The notes under the pieces were generated by a model that searched no databases, was not told the DNA's origin, and worked only from the letters and a program-made list of their open reading frames with translations. Shown piece after piece: positions 9,761 through 20,507 of a stretch of 64,000 bases of DNA. How positions within the stretch are numbered: the first letter of the stretch is position 1; each line of letters starts with the position of its first letter. A program made the translations under genes and the position numbers. Source of the stretch: Bacteroidia bacterium (GTDB taxonomy: Bacteria > Bacteroidota > Bacteroidia > M30B66); NCBI GenBank assembly GCA_965279035.1, contig OZ257142.1, positions 1,472,001 to 1,536,000 on the forward strand, given 5' to 3'.

Positions 9761-9798
9761 AAAAATGCCCGGAAATGTTTAATCATCGCCGGGCATTT
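9761..9798 (-). terminator. Probable intrinsic terminator after the S9 peptidase
   Basis: aaatgcccgg/ccgggcattt stem with T-run on the minus strand. Confidence 0.65.
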
Positions 9799-9855
9799 GA
9801 AAAAGTATTAGTAATCAATACACTATGTTATCGAATTCAATTGTATTGATGGAAT

Positions 9856-11763
9856 TTATTTTCCAATTCTTCCATTTAGGTATTTACCAAAGAAACGCTC
9901 CATTTCCTTATAAAAGTCCATACGGTTTTCTTCGTTGCCAAAGCCATGTCCTTCGTTGTCTTTCACCATATATGGCACGTCAATTCCTCGTTTTTTCAAT
10001 GCTTCTACCATTTGATCCGACTCTGCTTTTGCAACCCTTGGATCGTTTGCACCTTGAGCAATAAAGAGTGGACATTTGATTTTATCTACATGAAAAACGG
10101 GTGAAGCAGCTGTCATCAACTCTTTATCTTTCTCAGGATCTCCTACCATTTCGTACATCATATCGAGATAGGGTTTCCAATAAGGAGGAATGGTGCTCAT
10201 AAAAGTGAAAAGGTTCGAAACACCTACGTAGTCAACTGCACAAGCATATAAGTCGGGTGTTAATGTGATGCCTGCCAATGTTGCATAGCCACCATACGAT
10301 GCTCCATAGATGGCTACATGTTTTGGATCGGCAATGCCTTGTTCAATCAACCAATTCACACCATCGGTAATGTCATTTTGCATGGTTAAACCCCATTGCT
10401 TAAAACTCGCTTCCCAAAAGGCGCGACCATAACCAACCGAACCTCTAAAGTTCATCTGTAAAACCGCATATCCACGATTCGCCAAGAACTGCACTTCAGG
10501 ATTAAAACCCCATTCATCGCGTGCCCAAGGACCACCGTGCGGATTAATCACCACAGGTAAATTCTTAGCTGGAATACCTTTCGGTAAAGTCAAATACCCA
10601 TTGATTACTTTCCCATCACGAGCAATGTACTTGATAGGCTTCATTTCGGCCATATCTTCTTCCTTCAACCAAGGACTGATATCCGCCAATTTAGTGAATG
10701 CACCTGTAGTTAAATCGTAGAAATAATAGCTACCATAAGAACGATCACTCGATACAGTAATGAGTAGTTTATCCTCGTTACGATTTTGTCCGCTTAGACT
10801 TACTTCATATCCTGGAAAGCGAGCATCTAGTTTCTTTTGAAGTTCCTCACGTTGTTTATCGAAAAACTGATAGTGGCTTTTATCTGTTTCATACACAACG
10901 CCAGTAATCACTTTGCGCTTGCGGCTGCGAAGTAAAGTACTAACATCAACTTCGGGATGTTCGTACAATGAAGCAATCTCTTTTTTAGCAACCGGATCGT
11001 ATTTGATTATAGTTGATCGATCGCGTCCGATGTTTGAAGAAACAAATAGCATTTTATCGTCGAAATCGAAATACAACGGACTAAACGATTCTTTGAAATT
11101 GGTTGAAATGAGTTCGGTAAATTTTTCGGAGTCATTATTCCGGTAAAGCACGCCAGTGTTGATACCATCGGTAGTAGTAGCGATACGAATAACACCTTTA
11201 TTGTCGGTTTGCCAGCCGGTAATGTTTCCTGGATTTTCGCCAACCATTGTTAATTCACCTGTATTGATATTGATGCGGTAAGCATCGTAAAATTCAGGAT
11301 TGCGTTTGTTCAGGCCGATAATCATTTCATTATCGTTATCGTACAAATCGTCGATGATTTCTGCACGAACTTCAGCGCCTTCGGTTAATTCTTTTTGGTT
11401 TTTTCCATCAGAATCAACGGCAAACAAGTGAAAGTTTTCGTTTCCACCTTTGTCTTGTAAAAAGACCAATCGGTTGTTATTCTTCCAAAAATAGCCTTGA
11501 ATATCGCGCTCTTTTGCGAATGTAACTTGAACTTCGCCGGGTTTACCAATTTCTTGAACAAAGATATTTAGGCGGTTTTCCCATGGTTGCATAAAGGCAA
11601 GGTGCTTTCCATCAGGCGAAATGCGGAAGGCTACTTTTTCCGGATTCCGGAAAAAATCTTTCAGTGGAAGTACAGGAGCCTGTTGTGCATCGGCATTTTC
11701 AGGCATACCGACTACGAGTGTAGCCATAAGGATTGAGGCAATAAAGTTTCTAGTTGTAAACAT
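9856..11763 (-). CDS. S9 family (prolyl oligopeptidase/acylaminoacyl peptidase) exported serine peptidase
   Basis: HGGP, NFRGSVGYG, GASYGG, GANDPRV, EGHGF; signal peptide; start 11763 or 11772. Confidence 0.92.
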   Translation of the reverse strand: MFTTRNFIASILMATLVVGMPENADAQQAPVLPLKDFFRNPEKVAFRISPDGKHLAFMQPWENRLNIFVQEIGKPGEVQVTFAKERDIQGYFWKNNNRLVFLQDKGGNENFHLFAVDSDGKNQKELTEGAEVRAEIIDDLYDNDNEMIIGLNKRNPEFYDAYRININTGELTMVGENPGNITGWQTDNKGVIRIATTTDGINTGVLYRNNDSEKFTELISTNFKESFSPLYFDFDDKMLFVSSNIGRDRSTIIKYDPVAKKEIASLYEHPEVDVSTLLRSRKRKVITGVVYETDKSHYQFFDKQREELQKKLDARFPGYEVSLSGQNRNEDKLLITVSSDRSYGSYYFYDLTTGAFTKLADISPWLKEEDMAEMKPIKYIARDGKVINGYLTLPKGIPAKNLPVVINPHGGPWARDEWGFNPEVQFLANRGYAVLQMNFRGSVGYGRAFWEASFKQWGLTMQNDITDGVNWLIEQGIADPKHVAIYGASYGGYATLAGITLTPDLYACAVDYVGVSNLFTFMSTIPPYWKPYLDMMYEMVGDPEKDKELMTAASPVFHVDKIKCPLFIAQGANDPRVAKAESDQMVEALKKRGIDVPYMVKDNEGHGFGNEENRMDFYKEMERFFGKYLNGRIGK

Positions 11764-11977
11764 AAGGGACATGAGTGTATGAACGAGGCAAATTAAAGGT
11801 TTCTTGTTTACTTGAAAATCATTTGAAAAATGAATGTCATTTGAAATTCAGATAATTCACAACATTAGTAGTCCAATCTTACTATTTGTTACAAAAGAGA
11901 AATTTATTTTTAGCTAACTCTGCATTATTGCGTTTCACAGCACAGCCCAAATCTTGAGTGTGTTGCTTGATGTTAAT

Positions 11978-12340
11978 TCAAAGTTCTTCCCAACCTTTAT
12001 TTTGGAAATCATATTTTGCATATTCTCCTGTGTCTGTAAATTCGGAAGCCGTCATTCCTACTTCAAAAATTGAGTTTTCATTCCAACTTGCAGTAAAATA
12101 CAGCGCTTTATTTGTCAAAAATGCCGTTCCATAGTCTTCGTTTGGATGATGGAAATGAATTCCAATATCATCTTCTTTCGTTATTTCATATTCGTATTGT
12201 AATAATCTATCTTTCAGTTCATGATATTGTTTTGCAGTAAATAATACTAAATGATCTTCATGTTCGAAAAAGGTATCATCATTTAGTTTTACTTCTTTCT
12301 CTTTTGTTTCGATTCTGTAAAGTCCTATGTCGTAACTCAT
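11978..12340 (-). CDS. Hypothetical acidic protein
   Basis: 120-aa ORF with ATG and protein-like composition; no motif recognised. Confidence 0.6.
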   Translation of the reverse strand: MSYDIGLYRIETKEKEVKLNDDTFFEHEDHLVLFTAKQYHELKDRLLQYEYEITKEDDIGIHFHHPNEDYGTAFLTNKALYFTASWNENSIFEVGMTASEFTDTGEYAKYDFQNKGWEEL

Positions 12341-12535
12341 TTTCTTTAAAATTAGTTGTTTTAAATAGCAGCTTATTTAATTTAACTGAAATTTAGAATT
12401 TTCAGGAACAGTCAATTATTTTGAGTTTATTGAAATGAAAGTAGAAATTTATCTAAGCATTTATTTAGATTTGAGATACGTCAAATTTGAACGCTAGAAT
12501 TACATGCTAAATTAGTTCTATGGTAGTTTAGAAAA

Positions 12536-13777
12536 TCAGTTCCGCTTTTCGTTTGCGGCAATCAGTTCGGAGTGTTTTCCTAGTGTTCTCAAGGCAAAAA
12601 ACAAACTCAAAAAGCAAAATATGGCTCCTAACATAAATGCCGCACCTGGGAAATAAAATGGAGCATCATCAGCCGTAAAGCGGGCAAATACATTGGTCAT
12701 CATTACTGGTCCAATAATCGAAGTAAGACTCACTAAACTTGTTAATGCGCCTTGTAATTCGCCTTGTTCAGAACCGGGCACTTGGGCCGACATAATTCCT
12801 TGCAAAGCTGGACCACAAATACCTGAAAGGCAATAAGGAATTAATGCAGCATACATCATCCAACTTTGATTGGCAAAAGCAAAACAACTTAGTCCGATAC
12901 AATAGAGAATCAAACCCCAATAAACAGAGCGTTTCTGTCCCAACCATGGATTGATATAGCGTATTAATCCACCTTGAACAATCGCCACCAAAATCCCTAC
13001 AAAACCTAAAGAATACCCAACAGCCTTTTCGTCCCAATCAAAACGTTCCATAGTAAAGAACGACCAGGTGCTTTGTACTGCATGTGAAGCGATATACACG
13101 AAAAGCAATGATACAACTAAGCCTGAAATGATTGGATATTTTTGTAAGTGTCTTAATGCACCCACTGGATTTGCACGTTTCCAATCGAACGTTCTGCGGT
13201 TTTCTTTCGACAAGGATTCGGGTAGAATAAAATAGCCGTAAAGGAAATTAATGAAGGTAAGTGCTGCCGCTGCAATAAAGGGAATGCGAGAACCATATCC
13301 ACCTAAAATTCCACCGACAACAGGACCAATAATAAATCCTAATCCGAAAGCAGCTCCGACTAAACCAAAATTCTGAGCTCGTTTTTCAGGTGTTGAAATA
13401 TCTGCAATGTATGCTGTTGCAGTAGTGATGCTTGCTCCCATGACTCCAGCAATGAGCCTTCCTACGAATAACCATAAAATACTTGGTGCAAAAGCCAAAA
13501 AAAGATAGTCGAGAGCAAAGCCAAATAGCGAAATGAGCAAAATAGGTCGACGTCCATATTGATCGCTCAAGTTTCCTAATACAGGCGAAAACAAAAACTG
13601 CATAATGGCGAACGAAAACAAGAGCCATCCACCATATTCCGCTGCATCGCTGAGCGTTCCGCCTGTAAGTTCTTGAATGAGTTTCGGGAATACAGGAATG
13701 ATAATTCCTAATCCTGTAATATCAATTAATAAGGTAGCGAAAATGAAGCCAATTGCGGGCTTACGGGAGTTTGACAT
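12536..13777 (-). CDS. TCR/Tet (DHA1) family MFS transporter
   Basis: 12 TM helices; [11 protein letters not shown] motif A; [10 protein letters not shown] motif C; QGELQG. Confidence 0.9.
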   Translation of the reverse strand: MSNSRKPAIGFIFATLLIDITGLGIIIPVFPKLIQELTGGTLSDAAEYGGWLLFSFAIMQFLFSPVLGNLSDQYGRRPILLISLFGFALDYLFLAFAPSILWLFVGRLIAGVMGASITTATAYIADISTPEKRAQNFGLVGAAFGLGFIIGPVVGGILGGYGSRIPFIAAAALTFINFLYGYFILPESLSKENRRTFDWKRANPVGALRHLQKYPIISGLVVSLLFVYIASHAVQSTWSFFTMERFDWDEKAVGYSLGFVGILVAIVQGGLIRYINPWLGQKRSVYWGLILYCIGLSCFAFANQSWMMYAALIPYCLSGICGPALQGIMSAQVPGSEQGELQGALTSLVSLTSIIGPVMMTNVFARFTADDAPFYFPGAAFMLGAIFCFLSLFFALRTLGKHSELIAANEKRN

Positions 13778-13795
13778 GTGTTTGGGTCAGGTTTT

Positions 13796-13803
13796 CAAAT
13801 GTA
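13796..13803 (-). promoter_or_regulatory. Bacteroidota sigma70 -7 box upstream of the MFS gene
   Basis: TACATTTG on the minus strand matches TAnnTTTG, about 19 nt before the ATG. Confidence 0.5.
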
Positions 13804-13835
13804 CTGAATTCCTTCATTTAACAAATCGAAGCATT

Positions 13836-14513
13836 TTAATTCGATTTCTTTTTACTTAGTTTAGGTAAATCATACGATACATTGAATTGTAGAACTTGAA
13901 TAATAATTTTCGAATTCCATTGTGGTTGCCAGATATAGGATGCTTCGAAGCTAGTATGCTTATTAGGTGACCATTTTATTCCCACTGTGTTTCGAATTCG
14001 ACGAAAATAAAACTCCGAAGAACTATATCTATACATTGGTTCGGAGCTCAAAAACACTTTCAGTTTTATGATGATTTTTTGTTCGGCACCCAACTTCAAT
14101 CTGAAATTTTGTATAGAAGGATTGATGCCCCATTCAGGAATGCTTTCAAAATAATATTGATATTGGTATTTAGCTTTTGCCGACAATGTTAGTTTATCCC
14201 ATTTCCAATTGCGTCCAAAGCCAACACTGTATCTAATTCGATCCCATCGATTGGATGTGCTATATCGGATTCCTGCTTCGACAGCCCAGTGTTTATTTAG
14301 TTTATACCCTAGTGTTGCACTTATATAACTTCCGCGGAAGCGTGAACAATTTTTATCGAAACGCGATTGATATTGTGCACTTAAATCGAATCCTTTTCTT
14401 AAATCCTGATTTAATTCCAAGGCATTCCATACTTGAAAATCGCTGGGGGTTTGAGCCGATAAATTCCAGGTATTTAAAATAAGAATTAGAAACAGAAATT
14501 GCTTAATCTTCAT
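13836..14513 (-). CDS. DUF2490-like outer-membrane beta-barrel
   Basis: Signal peptide from ATG 14513; DFQVW, QYQSRF, alternating aromatic strands; overlaps the DUF4956 stop. Confidence 0.7.
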   Translation of the reverse strand: MKIKQFLFLILILNTWNLSAQTPSDFQVWNALELNQDLRKGFDLSAQYQSRFDKNCSRFRGSYISATLGYKLNKHWAVEAGIRYSTSNRWDRIRYSVGFGRNWKWDKLTLSAKAKYQYQYYFESIPEWGINPSIQNFRLKLGAEQKIIIKLKVFLSSEPMYRYSSSEFYFRRIRNTVGIKWSPNKHTSFEASYIWQPQWNSKIIIQVLQFNVSYDLPKLSKKKSN

Positions 14514-15156
14514 CACTGGCACTTTCTCCTTTGCTAGGTGTATCGTTTCGTGCAGAATTGTAAAAAACAAACATACGAGCTACATCTTTGAAAAAGTCGA
14601 TACGAATCATTTCAACTCTATGCACATTTAAACCAGTACGTTTGCGAATGTCTTCAATCATTTCTTCTTGTTTATCTGGATGAATTAAATCGATACGATC
14701 GTAGATGATTTCTTTTGAATTTTCATGAACGATTTTAACTTGATAATCGATGATCCAAGCAGTTAGTAAGATAATGGCATTCGCAGTTCCAAGCAAGAGA
14801 TAATTATCATCTACTCCAGTGAGTGAGTTTATTATTCCTAGAGTTACGCTTACGAAGAAATACCCCATTTCACGAACAGGAACTGTTACAGTTCGATAAC
14901 GCAAAATGGAGAAAATGGCAAATAAGCCAAATGCAAATCCCATTTTGAGTTTAGCACTGCTTAATAAGAAGCAAATGAGGAAATTGATGATATTAAAAAG
15001 GAAAAAGGTGAACAAGAAATCGCGGTTCTTGCTCATAGGATAATAGAGTATCCGAATAAGGATAAAAATCACTAAAAAATTAATCCCGAATCGGGTAATA
15101 AACTCAAGCCAACCATGCGTTGCAGCTATCTCATTCACTAACTCGCTTGTTTCCAT
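14503..15156 (-). CDS. DUF4956 membrane protein
   Basis: GFAFGLFAIFSILRYRT...REMGYFF; cytoplasmic tail IEDIRKRTGL; adjacent to a VTC gene. Confidence 0.85.
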   Translation of the reverse strand: METSELVNEIAATHGWLEFITRFGINFLVIFILIRILYYPMSKNRDFLFTFFLFNIINFLICFLLSSAKLKMGFAFGLFAIFSILRYRTVTVPVREMGYFFVSVTLGIINSLTGVDDNYLLLGTANAIILLTAWIIDYQVKIVHENSKEIIYDRIDLIHPDKQEEMIEDIRKRTGLNVHRVEMIRIDFFKDVARMFVFYNSARNDTPSKGESASDED

Positions 15157-15914
15157 TGATCTTCTATTAAGTGCTTTATTTTACGGAGTTTGGATCCAAA
15201 TGCATTGCGTTTAATGTTATGATTTAATAAAGCAACTGCAATGGTATATTTACTTATTCGGGTTTCGCGTAATTGTCGTTTGCGCAAACATTCCAAGAAC
15301 TGACTATTTCGTGATGCTTTCGCTTGTTTCACTTCAACTATTACCAAGCCTTCTAATGAAATTTCCGCGATTTCATTTTTGAGGTGTAAATTGAGATCAA
15401 TGGTAACTCGCTCTTCCGAATTACGATTCATAAGTGTTAATCGTTTATAATTAACCCACATGGTAGGAACTAAGTGTAAACCATCTTTCACATATTCGCT
15501 CAATAATTCTTTTTCAGCATTACCGAGCATTTGAGGAATGCTTACAGTTTGAATTCGATGTTTATTTGTCCTTAATCCCTTGATTTTTTTCTTTATTTCA
15601 AAAAACACATCTCCAGAATCTTGATATTTTCTGTAACGGATTTTATAGCGGTTGGGCCTACCATTGTGATGATCGGTATAGGATGAATAGGAAGATGTAT
15701 CGAAATACAATGTATTATATTGTAACAATCTCTTTTCGTTGATTGAAAGAATATTATAGTCATTCAATACTTCTTTTAACACTGATTCGAGCTCGTTATA
15801 TTTGAAAATGAACTTTTGATCCACCCTATTGAATAGTTTAAGTCGGTTTATATCATCAAGGCTAGCAACCTGAAATTGATCTAAAATAGCTATAAGTGGA
15901 TTTTCAGAACTCAT
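15138..15914 (-). CDS. VTC-domain (CYTH-like) polyphosphate polymerase domain protein
   Basis: NRVDQKF, TLYFDT, RYKIRYRKY, FFEIKKK, YKRLTL, RVTID, IVEVK, ISKY; ATG 15914. Confidence 0.88.
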   Translation of the reverse strand: MSSENPLIAILDQFQVASLDDINRLKLFNRVDQKFIFKYNELESVLKEVLNDYNILSINEKRLLQYNTLYFDTSSYSSYTDHHNGRPNRYKIRYRKYQDSGDVFFEIKKKIKGLRTNKHRIQTVSIPQMLGNAEKELLSEYVKDGLHLVPTMWVNYKRLTLMNRNSEERVTIDLNLHLKNEIAEISLEGLVIVEVKQAKASRNSQFLECLRKRQLRETRISKYTIAVALLNHNIKRNAFGSKLRKIKHLIEDQWKQAS

Positions 15915-15921
15915 GCTAGTC

Positions 15922-16308
15922 TTAATCGTAAATAACAAAATCGGGAAGAATCAACTCTTGTTTATTTGATGTGATTTCCACATCCTGAATGATGTAATTT
16001 TGATTGAATACACAGGTGTCGCATTGTGAATAAACAAACACCTTATATTTACCTTTTCGAAGACCTTTAAAAATGTAATCTCCTGAATAGGAAGTGCGAA
16101 CATCATTATCTGCCGTGCTATTATCTCCATAAGAAATATAAACACGATAATCACCAGCATATGCACTGTCGGTAATTATTCCACTCGTATTAATATCATA
16201 TCCAAAAACTTTTCCTCTTATAGTAGCAGAGCCTCCTTCTCCCGGTTCTTTACTACAAGAAATTAGGATGATCAAACTAAGGATTAGCATAATTGAAAAT
16301 CGAAACAT
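15922..16308 (-). CDS. Lipoprotein with a prealbumin-like (carboxypeptidase regulatory-like) fold
   Basis: Lipobox LISC; TIRGKV...GDYIFKGLRKGKYKVFV. Confidence 0.7.
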   Translation of the reverse strand: MFRFSIMLILSLIILISCSKEPGEGGSATIRGKVFGYDINTSGIITDSAYAGDYRVYISYGDNSTADNDVRTSYSGDYIFKGLRKGKYKVFVYSQCDTCVFNQNYIIQDVEITSNKQELILPDFVIYD

Positions 16309-16513
16309 GGTATTTTTAGCTGAATATTACGCAAAAGTTAATTCAAACTTGTCGATTCTTAAAATGGACAATGAAAATTCTACCTTTTGAAATCAGGTTT
16401 TTTAATTATAAGCTGATTTGGATTATAATTTTAAACAGAATTTATTAATCATTAAATAAAAAATGCGCACCTAAATTAAAGGCTTGATAATCGTTTTATT
16501 TAATATGGATTTA

Positions 16514-18541
16514 TTAGTCATTTTGATAAACTGAGATATCGAGATTATCAATATGTATTGTGTTTTTGCCTCTATTCCAAATATACACAGATAGTTTACA
16601 GTTAGGGCCACACGTTGGAATCATAAAGAGAGAGAGAGATTTTTTCCAGGCATTGCGTTCTTTTTTTAAAGTCTCAATGGGTGTGTCTTTATAAAATACA
16701 TTTTTACCATCTTCATCAATGGCAACAACTAAACGACTTTCAGGGGCTAATTGTGGATTAAGTAAAGCAGCACTAACGATGAGCATTGTTTCCTTTCTAT
16801 TAAAGATAGATGTTATTGGTGATCTGTAAGTTATTCCAAATTCATTTTCTGATGAAGTTATTCCAGAATACTTGCCTTCAAACGATTGAGTTGAATCGGT
16901 TTCGGTATGTTCCCATGGGGACTCTACTTTAATTTCGAAGTCGTTACTTATTTTTAAGAGTGCTTTTTTTTCGTTGAGTTGATAGAAATCTGCCAATGTT
17001 CGTTCTTTTTCGAAATCGATATGCTTGAATATACTCACTGGACCTAAATCAGCAACTTTGTGCATGTAATTAATGATTTCGGGATAATTGGGGTAGATAT
17101 CACTTAAAAACCATTCATCCTGTAGGAGAATATAATCGTATTTCCATTGTAATGCATTTCGGAGATTTTCTTCGGAGGTTGTTACTACTGCAAAGCCTTT
17201 TCGCTGCATACGAATAAAAGGAATGTTGGGTGCTTGAGAATCTAAAACCAACAATATAGCTGAACGAGCTATTCCCATTGAATCGAGCTTCACATCCATG
17301 CCTTTGTAATCTCTTACCATGGACGCAATTTTATCCCAATGTCCAGTACCTCGTTTTTCTTCTTGAATGGTAGCCGTGAAATAGACCATAAGTACTAATA
17401 GTCCGGCACCTAAATACATTGAATAATTGATACTCTCAATGGAAGATTTGAGGTAACGAAACAATAAGATAAAAGCAAGAATTCCTGGTAAAAAGAATGT
17501 ATCGAGAAAATAATAATCGTGAACTCGAAACTGTTGCAACATAGCAAACAGGAAGAATAAACAACCCAAAAAACAAATGAGCGCAAATTGTAATAGGTTT
17601 TTAGACAGTGACTCAAAACCGCCACGTTTTTTCAAATACTGATAAATAGCAATAATGATCAGAAATGATAAGAGTACAATTTGAATGGGATTGAAATAAT
17701 GATAAATCCAAGTATCTATAACGTTCGATACAATATCAATAGCTTCTCCGAAACTAGCCGCTGGTTTTAATTTGTTGAGAAAAAGCGAACCATACTGAAC
17801 ACGCAGCTGATTATTATAAATAAAGTAAAAAGCGATAAAACTAAATCCAAGAATTAATGAAACCCAATGCTTCCAGCGAAATTTTCGTTCTTGAATCATC
17901 CGCAAAAACTCCATAGAAGCAATGGCAATAAGCGGTATGACAAAAGTTGTTCGAGTAGCAGCTGCTATAGTGAATAAAGTTATTGCTAAAATAAATGTTC
18001 CAGTTTTGCTCGTTTTTCGATGCTTGAAATAATAATAAACTCCAATAATGCTAATAGAAAGTGAAGGTATTCCTGGTAGAAATCCAGCTTGGTAATAGGT
18101 AAATAATGGAGCCGTTGCAGCTATGCCAGTTAAAAACAAAGAACTCATCCAGTCATTTTCGACTAAACGCGATAGCCTATAGAAATAAAATAAACCAAGG
18201 AAACTCAACAACAATTCATAACATCGGAATACCCAAGGATCTCGTGTCTGAAAGAGTTTCATTCCTGCAGCAATGATGTATTCATGAATCGGGAAATCAA
18301 CGGCAGTAATACTAGTAGTTCCTGGAACTAAAAAATCACCAGGAAACTGTTTGTTCATCACATACGTCTGGGGATGAAAGAAATCAAAACCATTATCTAA
18401 AAATCCTAAGGCAATAGCAAAGCGGTCCGATTGTGCCCAAGCATGCGTCCATAGCGGAAACTCGTTGAGGTTTTTAGCATGAAAAAACAAGCCAAGACTT
18501 AGGATCAACGCAAATGCCCATATCTTTTCTTTCTGTTTCAT
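16514..18541 (-). CDS. GT-C (ArnT/PMT-like) membrane glycosyltransferase with a C-terminal carbohydrate-binding-like domain
   Basis: HAWAQSDR loop, DFPI, about 12 TM helices, HDYY; C-terminal NDFE...FEGKYS...VYIWN...IDNLDI. Confidence 0.65.
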   Translation of the reverse strand: MKQKEKIWAFALILSLGLFFHAKNLNEFPLWTHAWAQSDRFAIALGFLDNGFDFFHPQTYVMNKQFPGDFLVPGTTSITAVDFPIHEYIIAAGMKLFQTRDPWVFRCYELLLSFLGLFYFYRLSRLVENDWMSSLFLTGIAATAPLFTYYQAGFLPGIPSLSISIIGVYYYFKHRKTSKTGTFILAITLFTIAAATRTTFVIPLIAIASMEFLRMIQERKFRWKHWVSLILGFSFIAFYFIYNNQLRVQYGSLFLNKLKPAASFGEAIDIVSNVIDTWIYHYFNPIQIVLLSFLIIIAIYQYLKKRGGFESLSKNLLQFALICFLGCLFFLFAMLQQFRVHDYYFLDTFFLPGILAFILLFRYLKSSIESINYSMYLGAGLLVLMVYFTATIQEEKRGTGHWDKIASMVRDYKGMDVKLDSMGIARSAILLVLDSQAPNIPFIRMQRKGFAVVTTSEENLRNALQWKYDYILLQDEWFLSDIYPNYPEIINYMHKVADLGPVSIFKHIDFEKERTLADFYQLNEKKALLKISNDFEIKVESPWEHTETDSTQSFEGKYSGITSSENEFGITYRSPITSIFNRKETMLIVSAALLNPQLAPESRLVVAIDEDGKNVFYKDTPIETLKKERNAWKKSLSLFMIPTCGPNCKLSVYIWNRGKNTIHIDNLDISVYQND

Positions 18542-18580
18542 GTTAATTATTCCTACAGTTTAAATTGTATAATTAGCAAT

Positions 18581-19006
18581 TTAAGGATGATGTACAACAT
18601 TTCCTTTTTCATCCATTTCTAAAAATGGATTATAAGCTAATTCCCAAAGATTCCCTTCTGGATCAGAAATATATCCACTATATCCACCCCAAAAAACATG
18701 TTCAGGCGATTTTAAAGGTTGAGCACCTTTACTAGTGATTTCATTGAAGTGTTGATCAACTTCAGCTTCTGAATTAAAATTAATTGAAAAGCTAAATGAT
18801 TTAAAACCATTACCAAGTTCAGAAACACTAGCATCTTTGGCAAGTTCATGAGCTGGAAAAAGGCCAAGAATAAAGCCGTTTAACTTAAAAAATACAATTC
18901 CATCGCTGTCTTTGAGTAAAGTCCAGCCAAACACATGGGTGTAAAATGACTTCATATTCTGAAGATTTTTCACACCTAGGGTAATAAAACTAATACGTTG
19001 ATTCAT
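18581..19006 (-). CDS. VOC/glyoxalase family protein
   Basis: ISFITLGV...FY...FGW; FWGGYSGYISDPEGNLWE; ATG 19006. Confidence 0.9.
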   Translation of the reverse strand: MNQRISFITLGVKNLQNMKSFYTHVFGWTLLKDSDGIVFFKLNGFILGLFPAHELAKDASVSELGNGFKSFSFSINFNSEAEVDQHFNEITSKGAQPLKSPEHVFWGGYSGYISDPEGNLWELAYNPFLEMDEKGNVVHHP

Positions 19007-19096
19007 TTCGAGCTGAATGGGATTTTGCAAATCTATTTATTCAACAACAGCTTTCGAAGCCTCAAAAGGGAATCAACTTACATGGAATTGATTTTC

Positions 19097-19498
19097 TTAG
19101 GAATATATCCGCAGTGTTGTGCCTGTTAATTCGGTCTTGTATTGTGTTAATGCGGCATTAGCTGGGCCATTTTGTACAGCACCAGTGCTACTAAAATTAG
19201 CACCATGATTATTACAATGAAAGCGATTAGTGGCTGCTTGATAGGTTACATTCGTTCCTTCATGCGTGCATGCTGCTGCAACGGCGATGTATGTTCCCGA
19301 ATTGGTGCGGGCTACAATAATACCTTTTGTAACAACATATCCACCATTTGTATTTAAAGCCGAATTGGCACTGCTATTTAAATCAAGTGTAAAATCGGTA
19401 GCATTTGTTTCTGTTTTTTTGCAAGCACCTAAGCAAGTTGCTACTACCAAACCACCAGCAGAAATGCCAAGGATAGATAAAAATTCTTTTCTGTTCAT
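19097..19498 (-). CDS. Rieske [2Fe-2S] lipoprotein, probable Tat substrate
   Basis: MNRKEFL Tat-like motif, LGAC lipobox, CTHEG and CNNHG. Confidence 0.88.
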   Translation of the reverse strand: MNRKEFLSILGISAGGLVVATCLGACKKTETNATDFTLDLNSSANSALNTNGGYVVTKGIIVARTNSGTYIAVAAACTHEGTNVTYQAATNRFHCNNHGANFSSTGAVQNGPANAALTQYKTELTGTTLRIYS

Positions 19499-19585
19499 GG
19501 ATAAATGAGATACAAGAAGAAAGCAAATTGACTTCTTTGCTAAACTCAAGACGTTTATTAATAGTATTTCGTTGCGTAAAGAAAA

Positions 19586-20467
19586 TTATTCTTGCCAAAT
19601 AATTATGGGACGAAATCCAACTGTAGAACTAGGTTGTTGGAACGAAACAAAACTTTCATTTCGCACATCATACCCAACTGAATTCCAACTACCGCCCATT
19701 GCTTTATCTGCATCACTCACAAGTTCAGCCACATTTCCGTTCATATTATACAAACCCAAAGTGGTTTCAAAATACGATTTAACAGGAGCTGTAATGCTTG
19801 CGTTATCACTTAAATAGGAGAGAATATCATAACTTTTAGATAGCTCTATTTCAAACTGTTTTTTGTCATCATTCCAATGAATACTCTCTGCACCTATATT
19901 TCGGTAATTACATAATTGCTGTCTACGAATGTTTTGTAGGCTATTTCCACCCCAAGAATAATCTGTTCCTTTTGATCCTGAACGAGCAGCATACAACCAT
20001 TGTTCACTCGTAGGAATCATAACTTTAACCTTACTCTTTCCAGCTAATTGAGTATTGATTTTTTCTGTAAGCCATTGGCAATACAATTCGGCACCAGCTT
20101 TCGAAACACCAACAACTGGATAGTTTTTATATGCAGGATGCCAATTGTAATAATTCATGTATGGCTCGTAATAACTGACATTCCAGACTGTTGAATCATA
20201 AATAGCAATGGCGTATTTATCTAATTCACCTTTCAATTTCAAGTCGGCTAGGAATGCACGATACTGACCATTGCTAATCTCTGTTTTCGACATCATAAAT
20301 GCCGACATCTGTTTTCCTAAACCCGATTGAGTTTCAACACTAGAAGGGATGAACACAAATTCTTTTTGAATCGATTTAGGTAGCGATTTTACAACTGCTT
20401 TTGGTTTAAAGGCACTTAGTCCGATACAGATTAAGCTGATTGCGATTATTGGAGTAGCTGTTTTCAT
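19586..20467 (-). CDS. FGE-sulfatase (SUMF1/GldJ/GldK-like) domain protein
   Basis: TEISNGQY, YPVVGVS, YCQWL, PTSEQW, GLYNMNGNVAE, GGSW, VGFR. Confidence 0.85.
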   Translation of the reverse strand: MKTATPIIAISLICIGLSAFKPKAVVKSLPKSIQKEFVFIPSSVETQSGLGKQMSAFMMSKTEISNGQYRAFLADLKLKGELDKYAIAIYDSTVWNVSYYEPYMNYYNWHPAYKNYPVVGVSKAGAELYCQWLTEKINTQLAGKSKVKVMIPTSEQWLYAARSGSKGTDYSWGGNSLQNIRRQQLCNYRNIGAESIHWNDDKKQFEIELSKSYDILSYLSDNASITAPVKSYFETTLGLYNMNGNVAELVSDADKAMGGSWNSVGYDVRNESFVSFQQPSSTVGFRPIIIWQE

Positions 20468-20507
20468 AAAAATCTTAACGGTGAGCAAATCAAGAAATTG
20501 CGTGATT

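Noticed and set aside
11860-12400. Integron-like cassette around the 120-aa orphan ORF
   Set aside because: Only a gttagct-like word; no convincing attC palindrome, second cassette or integrase
12536-13777. Acquired tetracycline-resistance gene tetA
   Set aside because: Family-level similarity only; no adjacent tetR or mobile context; substrate unknown
19586-20467. Gliding motility gene gldK/gldJ
   Set aside because: Shorter, no clear lipobox Cys, no gldL/M/N neighbours
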